A stretch of 64,000 nucleotides of DNA, taken from positions 80,348 through 144,347 of the forward strand of contig ADNK01001725.1 in the NCBI GenBank assembly GCA_000320545.1, in the 5' to 3' direction. Numbering within the stretch: position 1 is the first letter of the stretch; every line of letters begins with the position of its first letter. The notes under the pieces were generated by a model that was not told the DNA's origin, did not search any database, and worked only from the letters and a program-made list of their open reading frames with translations. The translations under genes and the position numbers were made by a program. The stretch comes from Bigelowiella natans CCMP2755 (lineage: Eukaryota > Protista > Cercozoa). Positions 13,439 to 27,005 of this stretch are shown in pieces.

Positions 13439-14437
13439 ATGATAACGTACTCGCACCAGGCGATAAGATGAGTAAATGTACACGTACGCACGGTAGATAA
13501 GCATTAGTTTTTACACATCGATGATGAGTTGTAAGAAGTGCCAGCAGCAACAAGATCGATCGTTAAGAGGCCGTATTTTTGAATAATACAGCAATCTGTG
13601 TAGCGCATTACCACTTCTAGACTTAATCTGTGAAAAGAAATTATAAGCCTTTGGAGTATTATGCAAAGCAATTGTAGGAGCAATATTTTGCATGCAATAA
13701 TCGTTTTGGCATTATTAGTGATTAAATAGACTGATACACGATATAATATTGTTTATACATGATGTGCCATTTATGCACACATGTGCATGTAATAGCATCT
13801 GCGCAAGCAAGCCAACATAAGTGTCGTCTCCCAATGCAATGCACGATGAGGTCCATGTCCATTCACACCCCACCTAGCTTGTTCTAGTGCTGGCTGGCGG
13901 CGGCGGGGATCCGGTGGTACCATGCTAGCTATATGACTAGATAAGCGTTGGGTAGCACTACTACAGAGTACGATCGATTGAATCGTGTTGTTTCTGCTTG
14001 ATGTGCATTATTGGTCACGCTAGCACGTGCTGTTATGCATCCATTGTTGATGCGCCACATGATGCTACACTACGGGATACTGCTATGTATTATGATGATG
14101 CTACATGCATCGTCATCATTAGTCATCGTAGTTTATTGATCAATATGTCGCCTCAAATCGCACATCGGTGGCCGTTACGAGATTGTGCAACCATCTTCGT
14201 CTGGAAGAAAATAGCCTGGAATAATAGTAGTAGTCACGGTGTTAGCGATAAGAAAACGACGAATAAAGTCCTCAGTTGCTATGGAAGAGAGTAGAGTTAC
14301 AGAATGTCCGATCATCATCATCATCATCATCATCTTGATAATCTCTTATGTGGTGAGCATTCTCAGATCATGCCAAATGAGTGACGTCAACAATTATCGT
14401 AATACCGGTAGTATTCTTGACCATACAAGGACACTTG

Positions 14438-14469
<32 letters not shown>

Positions 14470-14659
14470 GTAGTAGTAGGAAAAAGAACAATCACGATAT
14501 TAGTATCGAAATAGAACTAACACACATCTTATATAGTATATATTGAAAAATAACGACAGGAATATTGATTCTATTACTGCTGTTGCTACTAATTTGAAAC
14601 AAATTCCATATTTTATCTTATCCCCCTTCTCCTACTTCCAAGCTCCGTGATATCCATAC

Positions 14660-15811
14660 AGTCATTAATTACATAACAATCGATCCGTAAAGTAACGTTT
14701 CACAGTAGTAGCAAGGAGCAGTAGCAAGTAGTAGTATTAGTAGCAGCTATTCGAGGGGCAATATACCTTTCCTGCTGTTTTGGAGGGTATATAACACTCG
14801 TCGCACTTCTCACAATGAAGACATCTGAAACACATATCATTATATATGTATATTATATTTATGCATCATAAAGAAGAAGATAAAGAAGAAAATAAGAGGA
14901 TAATGATGATAATGACGATAACGACAGTACAGCAACCTGTCATCTTGGCATCGCTGGCAGTTGTAGCAGTGTTTCCTGAGGAATAATAATAATAATCATA
15001 AGTTTAACATATACACTGATGAGAAAGAAGAAGAAAAAGAGGCAGAGCGAGACGTCGTAGTACCGATGTCCAATATCTTTGCTGCACAACATCTGGCTGC
15101 AAAGGGAATACCACATAGTCTCTCCACAACTTGAGCACGTATACTTGTTGTTGTTGCGGAATATATCCATCTGCATCATCGTAATAATAGAGTAAACAAT
15201 AACAATAACAACAACAAAAAGTGAGGAACACAACGATTCAGTGATTACTAAGTAGCAAGAGAACGATGCATGTTTGCAGAGAACATGTAAGTAGAAGAAG
15301 AAGAAGAAGAAGAAGAAAACATCATACGACAAGGAAGAACAAATAGAACGATAGTAGAGTTGCTGCTTGCTGCTGCAAATGGGGTGAGTTTAAGATGATG
15401 ATGACGACGACGATGATAATAATGATAATTACCAAATGGATTTTATTTGTACATCTCAAACAGCGTATACTTTCAGGTAGGTCTTCAACCTAAGAACAAT
15501 CGCCAGGAGATAATGAGAAAGATATAGACACTAGTAGAACAATCGCCAGGAGATAATGAGAAAGATATAGACTATGCTAATGGAAATCATTGGAAGAACA
15601 AAAGAGAATCATCATCAGACTTAACTCCCCCCACCAACTCCTTTTCTTTATGATGAGCATTATTACCATATTCAGTATCATTATCACCGCTATCATGATC
15701 ACTATCATCATCATCATCATCATCATCGGTCGTCACTATATAGATTTATTACATGAATACGATTTAGATTCTGTACTATGCACATATCCCTCGAGATGTT
15801 CTGATCAGAAG

Positions 15812-15859
<48 letters not shown>

Positions 15860-16730
15860 GATAGTCGTAGCAGTAGTAGCAGGAGTAGTAGCAGGAGTAG
15901 TAGCAGTTGTTTTAGGAAAATAAAATAAGAATGAATTATGGTGATTGGATGATAAAGAAGAAGAAGGAGGCACATCGTAACAATCTTAATCATTATCAGA
16001 GGAGTACTAATACATGTCGTGAAATCATGTTGTTTTTAGTGCTTGTATCTACATAGTAGTAGAAGTACCGACCGAAAAACTAACACCATGACTCTCCAAG
16101 ACGTTGATATTTCTCATGAATAGATAGTTTTTGTAGCAGGATGATGGTTTCGAGTCATCCTGTCGTGCTCCGGCTGCAGCTTCTTTATTATTTCCACCAA
16201 TGAATCGACGATGAGAATAATAAGCCTTATTCCGCGGCAAAAGAGCAGCAGGAGCACCAGTATCTCTACTAGCTAGAGGAGTGTTGTTATTCATAACCAC
16301 AAAGGACGATAAAGACGATGATGATGATGATGATGCGGAGGACATATGCTGCTGCTGCTGCTGTTGTTCTTGTTGTCGCTTTTGCAGTGGAAGATGCACA
16401 AGTTGATGCTGGTCCATCTCGTTATTCATTCTTCCTCCTCCTTTAGATTGAGGAAGAGAAGCACCTGTGGTAGTAGTAGTTGTAGTAGCAGCAGTACTAC
16501 TGCCACCACTACTCTTCTTTGACATTGCTAATGTAGTAGTCCTTTGCTTCTTAACCTTACATTCGTCTCCTCTTCTAGTATCAATCATGTATGATCTCCT
16601 CCTCCTCCTCCTCATCATCGTCATTGTTGTTGTTGTTCCCAAAGAACTCTGCTGCTGCTGCTGATGGTGGTGGTAGTTTTGATGATGCATCTGTTGTTGG
16701 CGATAAGGATGGTGGCTTGTCAGCCCCTCT

Positions 16731-16771
<41 letters not shown>

Positions 16772-17075
16772 ACGAAGGAATCTAAAGCGGCGACGTTGGT
16801 GGTGATGGTGGATGCTATTACTAAATGATGAGGAGGGAGGAGGAGGAGCAGAGGAAAGTTGTTCGCGGGGATGGTAGTAGTAGCTGTTATTATACTGCAA
16901 TGATGAGGGTGAAGGAGCAGAAGGATGGTAGTGGGTATTACTATACTTCAATGATGAGGAAAGAGGACCAGAAGGAGTAGAAGTCATAGGTGTAGTAGTA
17001 GCAGCAGTAACAGCAGATCGAACAACTCCTGCTGCCTCCTTCTTCTTCTTGTTCTTCTTCTTCGTTGGTCGATTG

Positions 17076-17111
<36 letters not shown>

Positions 17112-17245
17112 TTACTGCTACTTGGTTTCTTGGTTGCAGACGTAGATTTGCTACTATTACTACCACTACTACCACTGTTACTACTACTACCACCACTACT
17201 ACTTCCAACGGCGTATTGCTTCGATGATCTTCCCGAAGAAGCAGT

Positions 17246-17278
<33 letters not shown>

Positions 17279-18919
17279 TGTTATTTGTACAGGAAGTTGC
17301 GTCTTGGTGGTGGTGGTGGTGGTGATAGCTATTTTGCCATCACCATCTTCATTATCATCACCAGCAGTAGTAGTAGTATCAGTAGTAGCAGCAGCAGCAT
17401 CATCACCTTTGGATACTATCGGTTGGGGCGATTGTTTTTGCTGTTCTTGCTGTTGCGTTACCCTTCGTATTGTTTTGCCCTCGTCCTCCTCTGCCTCCAC
17501 CTCCATAGATCCACTGTTAGCACTACAAGTCCTGGTGGTACTACTTCTACTACGATGATGAGCTCCTACTCCTCCCTCCTTTCCTCCTTGCTGAAGAGGC
17601 TGCTTCTTGATATCACCGTCAGTAGCAGCAGTAGTAGCAACGCCAACATCTATCTTCAATGGGAGACGAATTGAAAGATCATTATCACTTGTCTTTTGGC
17701 TCATCAAAGGAGGATGAGTTTTGTTAGCTAATACTGTAATGGGAGGGGCTCTTTTCCCTTCTGATGATTGAGTAGGAAGAGGGGGGGAAGCAGCAGCAGC
17801 AGCAGCAGTAGTAGCAGTAGTGGCGGATAATAATAGAGTACCAGTACCTGCTACTAATGATTTTGATGATGATGATGGTAGTGGTGGTGGTGGTGGTGGT
17901 GGTGGGGCTGCTGCTCTTGCTGTTCTTGCTACTGATGCCGATGATGATGATGATGATGATTGGGGAGGAGGTAGTGGCTTTCGAGCAGAGGCAGCATGTT
18001 TGACATCATCATCATCATCATCATCATCCTCTCGTCTTTCCTTGCTAATAACGGCTGGCTTTTCATTATAACTATCATCATTTGCTTTGCCGCAACTAAT
18101 AATCTCCCGCTGTTGATGAGGCTGCTGCTTCTGCTTTGAGTGCTGCTTTTTCCTCCTTATTAGTAAGTGGTGCTGTCTGATTTTCTTGGAAGTGCTAATG
18201 CCGCTACTACTACTAACGATACCGTTGGAGGAGGAGGTGTTGCTGTTAGTACTATTACAATTACTGCTACTACCTGATCCAGGTAGTATTTTACTACTAC
18301 TACTACTACTACTATTGCTGCTACCTGATCCAGGTAGTAGTTTACGTGCTGCTGCTGCTGCTGCTGCTGCTACAGCAGAAGCCTGCAGGAGATGTTGGCG
18401 GCGACGCAAATGATGATGATGATTATGATGACTGAATACTCGTTTTTCGCTTGTACCTCTAGTATGAGCAGGTGGAATTGATTTACTGGAAGAAGCTGCT
18501 ACCGCTGCTACTGTTGCTACTCTCTTAGCAGCTACCTCTTTCCTATCCCCTCCTTCTTCTAATGCTTCGACTACTTTGCCTCCTCCTCCTCGCCGTCCTC
18601 CTGTCTTTTTTGTTTCTTCTCCTCCAACTGTGCCTCCTACTGGTACTCTTGTAGTTGGTGCTTTCTGCTGATGGTGATGACTTTCTTCTTCTTCTTCCTT
18701 TTTGGCCATAAAATCAGCTCTTCCACTTCCCCCTCCTTCTCTTTGAAGAAGAGACCGAGTTCTTCTCCCACTGTCTTCAATTCCAGACGATGTTTCTTGG
18801 TTCTATGGCGATAACAGTAGTAGTAGTAGTAGTAGTAGTATACAATAAAAAGGAATAATCATGATCAGGAAAATACTACCATTTAAATTTCTCCTCTTCT
18901 CTTTCAATGTCTTAACGCA

Positions 18920-19013
<94 letters not shown>

Positions 19014-19274
19014 GACCCATGCACTACAATATACATCATCAACAACTTAACAATGATACAAGTGGTAAGTCGATCATTTCCTTCTTTATTTACTATTATC
19101 ACTACCATCATCATGGAAGTTATTATAAAAATACTGCCGTAAAAAATAGTTAGCAATCCGAGGTACAGTAAATGCTCGTTGTTGTATAAGATTAACATCG
19201 TTTGTAGGTAACACCATTTCTCTGTAGTCTGAGCACTCGCACCTGATGAAGAATATATAAAAATGTATGTTTAT

Positions 19275-19317
<43 letters not shown>

Positions 19318-19582
19318 TAGGAAAACTCGTGTCAACAAATGAACTTCTCCACTTATTAAGGATATAATCAACGAATCACAAACCACATGAAATATTACAC
19401 ACACACACACACACATATACAGATACAGAGGCAGGCACACATACACAAGCATCAGCAGTTTAATGATAGTATAGCAGTATAAAAGAGATCATTATTCTAC
19501 AAGTCCCTCTCTCCCTCCCCTCTCTCCCTTCTCACGAGTGTAGCTTCTGTTGGTAGCTACACACAACTTAGTAATCGTCTTT

Positions 19583-19616
<34 letters not shown>

Positions 19617-20266
19617 AAGTACTTCCGGTGCTTCTATTGGAATCATCACTATTCTCCTGGCTTGATGTTGCTATATATATATAATAAGAAGGCGTATCAA
19701 AACAGACAATAAAATCAACGATAGCTTACGACTCACTCGCTCGTTCTTGGTACAACAATTAACTACAACTTTAACTTTTGATAGATAGTAATAGTTGGAG
19801 CACTGCTATGTTATTACTCCTCCTCCTCCTCCTCCTCCTGCTGCTGTTGCTACTACAACAACAACTACTACTACTAAAACTACCACTCTCACTGGCCGAG
19901 TTAGAATTCGGTTTGCGCAATCCAACACCAAGTCTGATACAGACGAATAAAATTACAATGGGAGACAATAACAACAAACAACAACAACAACAGCAGCAGC
20001 AGCAGCAGCCTTATAATGACTGTATGAATAAATTGTGAAACTTAGGTTTTTGAGTATAAAAAATGACAAACACGAATGAATAGAATAATGACGATTTTTA
20101 TTTTTATCAATCAAACTATCGATGAATAAAATAGCATAGGCTTCTTCCATTTATTTTTCTTTTAGAAGAGAACACCACCATTACTATCTATCTATCTCCA
20201 AATTTACTCAGTAGGAAAACTATTACATGTTTCAATAATTACCTACTTTATTTTACTTTATCCAAC

Positions 20267-20327
<61 letters not shown>

Positions 20328-21210
20328 TGTGTGTGAATAAGCGAATAATTTTCATCATATTCATGGCTCACCGTTTTGCAAGCCTTTCACGACTTTTTGA
20401 CGATTCCTCTACAGTTTCTGCTGCTGCTACTGCGTTCTTACTACTCTGGCATAATCTATCAACAGCAGTCATTCTATTTGACGAAGACATCATCATCATT
20501 CTTTTGCTCCAAGACGTCGAAGAGTTCTTGCCTTCTCCCCCCTTTCTCTCCCGTAGTTGAGAAAAGGTATTGATAGTACTGCTGCTACTTCCTCCTCCTC
20601 CTCCTCCTCCTCCTCCTCCTCCCTGAGTACTGTTGCTATAATCACCGATATTGCCTATTCGCATATCATCATGATGCTGCTGCTGCTGATGATGATGATG
20701 ACGATGACGACGACGACGATCATGATTTCTATCATCACCCCGCATCATTATACTTGTAGTTGTTGTCGCAGCAGCTGTTGCCACGCCGCCAGTTGGCCTA
20801 CTACCGCTTGAACAACCACCTCCTAATTGCTGCTGCTGTGTATTATCTTCTTGAGCATTACCTGCTGCTGCTATTGAGAGTCTATATGTGCTACCTCCTC
20901 CCACAGATGCTTTTTTGCTACTGCTGCCGCTGGTGATGCTGCTGTATTCTGTGGGCTGTTCATTTTCTTGTACAGGCTGCTTCTGCTGCTCAAGAATTTT
21001 CACATTTGCGGAGCGATTCTTAACAATCAATTCACCCCTATCTAAAATTTTTTTCGAAGTAGATGGTGATTGTTTTACAAGAAAGTTCTTTTTTGGCGGG
21101 GGCTCAGTGGCGCATGGGTTCACGTGGAGGATGTCGCCTAGATAAAAAGTCAGCCATAGGATGATGATGATCATGATGATGCGGTGAGTGCTAGCAGAAG
21201 TACTAGTAGC

Positions 21211-21243
<33 letters not shown>

Positions 21244-21475
21244 TGTTGTTGTTGGTGTAGTAGTAGCCGTAGTAGAACAAAAAATTTTAACAAGTGTTGA
21301 GAGAAGGGGTCATTTTTTAATCTATAGATCCGTAAACCGTAATAAACGTGGAAATCGCAATTGACGACAGCAAAAGAAGCACGTTACCATAAGCCTGCGT
21401 GGAATCTTCCCATGAGATTGCGAACTTTAATCCCTCGGAACTACTGCCGCTACTACTCGGATCACCGTTTTCCAT
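14660..21475 (-). CDS. Large low-complexity protein with C-terminal Cys/His-rich putative zinc-binding domain; 3' end approximate
   Basis: Start MENGDPSSSGSSSEGLKFAISWEDSTQAYG (ATG 21475), exon ~20370-21138, and a ~2.7-kb exon ~16070-18800 (886-aa ORF of S/A/Q/T/P runs). Small 3' exons give VEDLPESIRCLRC, MDIFRNNNKYTCSSCGETMWYSLCSQMLCSKDIGHRYYD, KHCYNCQRCQDDR and CLHCEKCDECYIPSKTAGK. Confidence 0.7.
15493..15575. repeat. Tandem duplication, 43-bp period x2, in an intron adjacent to a minus-strand acceptor
   Basis: agaacaatcgccaggagataatgagaaagatatagac at 15493 and 15536. Confidence 0.9.
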
Positions 21476-22205
21476 TTTCTACGTTAGATTAAGATACTTA
21501 GATTGTACTGGTGTGCACTTGCAACTGATGATTACCGTTATGAACTAGCTTTCCTTTGCCAGATTCTCCAACATCAATATCAAGCAGTGCTAATAAATAC
21601 AATAAAGTGAGGAGATGCTATCAAGATTGAATTCTTGCCTAAAAATATGGCTAACACACCATGTGTGTGTTGGAGCCATTGTGGAGGCACTTGTGCAGGA
21701 CCGTAAGAAATTAACTTACATAAGTTTTTTATGTCAATGGAAAAAACACATGTTATTTTTATTCTGCGTCATACGGTGTGGGAAAATAAAAAGAAAATAT
21801 CGTTCTTAATTTCAAGCTGGAGATGGCTTCAGTGAAATTTTACTTATTACTTTTATTTGTTATTCGTCTGGAATGAAACGCCAAGCTTTCACACGAGATT
21901 CGTGTGTCAGTAACCTGTCTTTCAACATTTCACATGGAATCTTTTCGTTCGTGTTCACAGTGGCCTTTTGAGAGCGTTACTGGGGTCGGTTCTAGGCGAT
22001 TTAACGAGCACCCATGAAATACAATGTGATACTCTCAATGGAAAAAGAGTAAATTCCAGGCCTTTTTTTTGCTTAGATCGAGAGACTTTCTAGATTCTAC
22101 CTATATTGGTGAATTTCGGAGACATGTTCTGGGGGTATATCTGCCCATACAGCAGCAATAACTTTATTAACAAAGAATACGTTGCAACCTGAGTTGTCTA
22201 CAAGC

Positions 22206-22240
22206 TTCCAAGAAATTTCGCAGGTTTTCTGGAATCTCTT
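22206..22240. promoter_or_regulatory. Candidate gapped heat-shock element (HSE)
   Basis: In 5-bp register: TCC-aa-GAA-at-TTC-gc-agg-tt-TTC-tg-GAA-tc-TCT (four perfect nGAAn/nTTCn units with one gap), about 510 bp upstream of the sHSP ATG. Confidence 0.55.
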
Positions 22241-22743
22241 GGTGAACTTCTGAGACATTCTCGTGCGCGTTCGCGAAAAAACTAGGTGACCACAGAATCC
22301 AATTCAATTCCTCCATGCGACATGAACTTGAGCCTTCAGAAATTAAACGTTTGAATTCTGAAATCAGTTGCAAATTCTTCCAAGCTCCTCAAATTTGTCA
22401 AGTTTTTTGCACATCGACATGCTCTGGATGCCAATTCTGCACAGAAATTGGAGGTGTTGTAGACAATTCAGGCTGCAATGTGTTTCTTAAAGTCATTGCC
22501 GCTGTGTGAGCGAACATACCCCTCCTACTTGACACACTACACACCCATATTCCATGGCATAAGGCACATATGTTGCGATTTCTTTTTGATTCTCTCTCTG
22601 TTTCTTCTTCTTCTTCTTCTTCTTCTTCTTTTCGTTGATCTTCCGTCTTCGAAAAGAAACAAAACACAAATTCCAAACCACTCACCAAACGCACAGATCA
22701 AAGATCATCCGATTCATTGCCACACGCAAACTTCCACACAAGC

Positions 22744-23841
22744 ATGGAGCACAATTACAGTCTTCACAATGTTGAAACAGCCCCCTTCCGCCGTCGACGC
22801 GGCCTCAGTGGCTGTTCGAAATGGACAAATTTGATGAAAGCAGGCGCTGGAGCTGTTGTGGTTCTCATAGTTTTGTTCCTTTCTCATGCAACATTGGCTC
22901 AAGGTTCAGGAAAAGGTTCATGGTTGGGATATGCAATGAGAGGAAACACTCCAAAACACAGAGCGGCAAGCAATCCTATCCGTAGCAACGTTCTGGACTC
23001 ACGTAGTTTCACCTCCGGACACCCAGTGTTCGCGGCAAAGCGGCCAGATGTTCGCGCAGAGTCATGGCGAATCGATCCATGGCGAATCGACCCTTTTGGA
23101 ATATTTGTTAGCTCTCCATCATATAATCGAAGAATGCAGAATGACTTTTTTGATCTATTCGACGAATTTGCAGATATGGAAGACTACTTACTCGCACGAA
23201 GAAGAGCGAGAGAAGCTTACAACGATGCAATTAAGGAGACTATGAAGGGGAAGGAAAACCGTGATGATGCCCCTCATGCTAAGCAAGCCGTCGCTCGTAG
23301 GCGACCAACAACAAATAAGGAACTTGAAATCGATACTCCATTTGGGCTCTCTACGTTAGGTAAAACGTGGAGCATTCCTGATCTCCAAACTTCGCACACG
23401 AAAGATGCTTATCAGTACACCTTTGATGTTCAAGGAATGGATCGGGACAACTTGAAACTCTCCATTCAGGACAACATTATTATAATTGAAGGGAACAAAA
23501 TGGTAGAGACTGATAATGGATACCACAGTTCGAGTTTCAAGCGTTCATTCTCACTACCAGAGGATGCGAATCTAGACTCCCTGCGTACTCAAGAACTAGC
23601 TGATGGACGGCTAATGTTATCAGCAAAGAGGAAGATTCCACTTCCCGAGACTGAAGGTAACATGCGTGAAATTGCAATTGAGCGCCTTCCACGTGAAAGT
23701 AAAAACAAAGACATGGCTGCAACGGAACAAGACGAAGGAAGCCCAGTGCGTGGGAGGGCACCGAAGGCTTCAGCAGCTAATGATGGCACAGTTTCTGATG
23801 TTCCTCCGGAGAAACCGGGTCCAAGCGAAGCATCAAGTTAG
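22744..23841 (+). CDS. Small heat-shock protein (HSP20/alpha-crystallin domain), intronless, with signal plus transit-like presequence
   Basis: Single ORF. Alpha-crystallin motifs YQYTFDVQGMDRDNLKLSIQDNIIIIEG...SSFKRSFSLPEDANLDSLRTQELADGRLMLSAKR and a C-terminal IxI motif (REIAIE). Hydrophobic segment AVVVLIVLFLSHATLAQG followed by an R/S-rich region; DPF...MQNDFFDLFDEF helix. The start Met is at 22744 or 22834. Confidence 0.92.
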   Translation: MEHNYSLHNVETAPFRRRRGLSGCSKWTNLMKAGAGAVVVLIVLFLSHATLAQGSGKGSWLGYAMRGNTPKHRAASNPIRSNVLDSRSFTSGHPVFAAKRPDVRAESWRIDPWRIDPFGIFVSSPSYNRRMQNDFFDLFDEFADMEDYLLARRRAREAYNDAIKETMKGKENRDDAPHAKQAVARRRPTTNKELEIDTPFGLSTLGKTWSIPDLQTSHTKDAYQYTFDVQGMDRDNLKLSIQDNIIIIEGNKMVETDNGYHSSSFKRSFSLPEDANLDSLRTQELADGRLMLSAKRKIPLPETEGNMREIAIERLPRESKNKDMAATEQDEGSPVRGRAPKASAANDGTVSDVPPEKPGPSEASS

Positions 23842-24099
23842 TTTCTGCTTTTCATGGGAATCTATCCACAAATGAACATTCGCTTCAAATCATGCGTAGG
23901 TCCCAACGTAGAAGTGCAAAAAGGGGTTTAGCAATTCTTTCAAATGCCTCAATGCTGACGTCATGTGGCCTTGCGAAGCCTGATGTTGTAGACACGTACT
24001 ACGCTAATCTGCAAATAAGTCGAATGTGTTCGGGAAATTCTTGCGATTTGTGGCGCTTCGATTCGCTATGTGACACATCGCAGAATCTACCCACATCTC

Positions 24100-24720
24100 A
24101 AGTCTAGATTTGCCCCTCATGCTAGCATGCCTTATGACTGCTCGACGCATGCATGCATCGCTACGCGAGCCTGTTAACCATGCAACAATGAAGCTCGCAT
24201 TGCACGATGCTGGAACAATGTGGCGTGGGGTTTTTCTACATGTGCGTGCAAAATATGCAAAATGTTTCGAACCATTCACACACGCATGCACAGTAACACG
24301 CACGTGTAATAAATGGCATTCATCGATGTCCATCATCATCAGCACATTTGGTTGTGCTTAAGATGGCACAAGAAGACACTCACCTGGCAGATGCATCTCG
24401 CATCATCACAACATGCATGTGCGATGCACATACCTAGCTAGCTATGCTAGCATAGCTAGATGAGCTAGCGCGCATGACAATTAGAGAGTGCATCAGATGT
24501 TTGATGCAACACTTCTGTTCATTCATGCTTCCACCTGTTCAATTTGCACGGCATCGCATGACTCGCACATCGTCAACAGACATCAACTAAAATTGAACCG
24601 CATGTTTTTTGTGCTGATTCAAATATAATAGTGCATTGTGTCATGCTTTCTTCCTCTCCATCTTCATTTTGTTTCTCTTCATTCATGTAATTATACAATC
24701 CTGATTGCCTAGGTAAGAAT
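24100..24720. other. Partially TpA-depleted, CATG/TGCA-rich intergenic domain with CTAG cluster
   Basis: cctagctagctatgctagcatagctagatgagctagc at 24433-24469, flanked by TG/CA-rich sequence between convergent gene ends. Confidence 0.65.
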
Positions 24721-24783
24721 GTGAACACTAATTATTGTGTAATTTGCACAATGAATGATTACAGTATACTCTACTGGATCATT

Positions 24784-24819
<36 letters not shown>

Positions 24820-25149
24820 TCGAAACGATTCCTCCTTTGTTTGTCATTTCCCATTTTCCAGAGCCTGCGTGCAGTAGCATTTTATCAAGCTGCAAGGAAC
24901 AATGTCAAAGAAGAGATAAGATAATATGATCTCTGCATAAAAATTAATATGATCGTTGCCTTGGATCATCAATTCTTAATTCTTTGGGACACACATGCAC
25001 GCATGCGCGCGTGTGCGCGCTCACACACACACACACACACACATACACACACTTTAATATAGGCTTCAGATGATGCCAACTGTGATGGAGAGACAGGATA
25101 CCTACTCAGTACAATGCAATAACACAGCAGCAGCAATGACATCACCATT

Positions 25150-25528
25150 TGAATTTATGCTGCTTGAGTTACGCAAATACCAAAGTTGCCGTTTACAGCC
25201 AGTCACCAATGGAAGGATGGTTTAAAAACTTAAATAGCAGAAAGAATTTATTATTATTATGTGCTACTATCATCTCACGATCCAGCCAATGGACATGATG
25301 GTGTGATCTATTACTTCTCTCCCCCCCTTCCAAGTTCTATTTCTCACCCAAAGTATCGTAGCGTAGTTATATCCTTTGCATTGAGAACTAAGGGAGTACT
25401 TGCAGTTGACGTTCTTCCTAGCCTTTGATTATTATCATTATTATTATTCAGGGCAGCGTGGAGGAACACAGGAACAACAGTGACTTTGCATGGAACACTA
25501 GCTGCTTCAGCTAGGCATTAGTGCATAA

Positions 25529-25578
<50 letters not shown>

Positions 25579-26115
25579 GTCGTAACGTATACTAATATCC
25601 AGTGGTAGGTAGCCTTCCTACCTACCTACCTACCTACCAGGCAGTCAAACTGTTGTTGTATATTGCCTGCTTAACCTTGTATATTGTTGATGATGGCGAT
25701 TCAATACAATACAATACAATACAATACAATACAATAAATAGTATGGCTGGCGAGAATTGAATGGATATTAGTGATTATCGTCATCACCATCACCATCACC
25801 ATCATCATCAACGCATGCACGGTGTTTACTCCTATGAAATAACAATATAACAATAATAATGCTACAACATACATTTATTGATAAACAAGAACATACGTCA
25901 TCTGTGGACTTCTCGGTGTTTGAAACTTGGATCTTTCGAGTAGTGTTCCCTCCTCCTTTACCAACTAATCTATATGCAGTGCGTAAACTATTATTGATTT
26001 ATCGATAAATTTGAACAATCTCTAAGGTGCAGGAGGAGAAAAAGGGGGTAACAGAATGGCACCCATCTTAACGTATTCCATGCGAAAGCAAGCTGTTACT
26101 GCAATGTACTTCAAC

Positions 26116-26147
<32 letters not shown>

Positions 26148-26557
26148 TATGATATTGTGTCATTATTATTCTTACTGAATCAAGCTCATAGCAAACTACC
26201 TTTCGTGGTGCATCATTTGACCGTGAAAAGGAATTCCTACATTAGGTAATAATAATATTCAAACTTGAACACGACGGCCTAGAGTGCGTGTACTACTACT
26301 ACTACTACTACTATTACTACTACTACTATATACTGCATAATACCATATTGTAGTGGTGTGTCTTCATTATTATTACATTTTTAGATATGATTTGTGCAAT
26401 GCTACTGGGGCTAGTACTATAACTAACATAACGATGATAACGATGATGACAGCGACGACCTAAGAACTTGCTGATTTTTCTTAGTATCTCTTCCGTGTGT
26501 AGAATCAGCTAGATAGTAGTAGGTAGTAATAGTAAGAGATGTTGGTGCTGGTGGATT

Positions 26558-26595
<38 letters not shown>

Positions 26596-26974
26596 CGTGT
26601 GGAAACAAAGAGAACGTCATTATTATTATTATTACTATTACTATTACCGTTACTTGGGTCAACGACATAAATATGATGAATCGTTATAAAAAACATGCAT
26701 ATCTGCTGCAGTTGTTCCTGCCGTTGTTACTTCACAATGGGGCTAGGTACAATATTTCTCTTAATATACGTGTACTTGTCCACTTGATCCCTACTACTCT
26801 TATGGCTGCTACTACGTTAATTCACATTCTCCTCCTCCTCCTCCCCACCATCTCTCCTCCAACTTACTCGCTCATAGCGCGGTTTATGCATATATCCTTC
26901 CCAAAATTATTACATCTATACCGTGAAATGAAGAGGAGGATAAATCGAAAAGTAAGTAGAATCAATGAATCAAT

Positions 26975-27005
<31 letters not shown>

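Noticed and set aside
16467-18413. Plus-strand poly-L/V/C ORFs that look like membrane proteins, and similar ORFs throughout the window
   Set aside because: They are antisense or off-frame translations of trinucleotide microsatellites.
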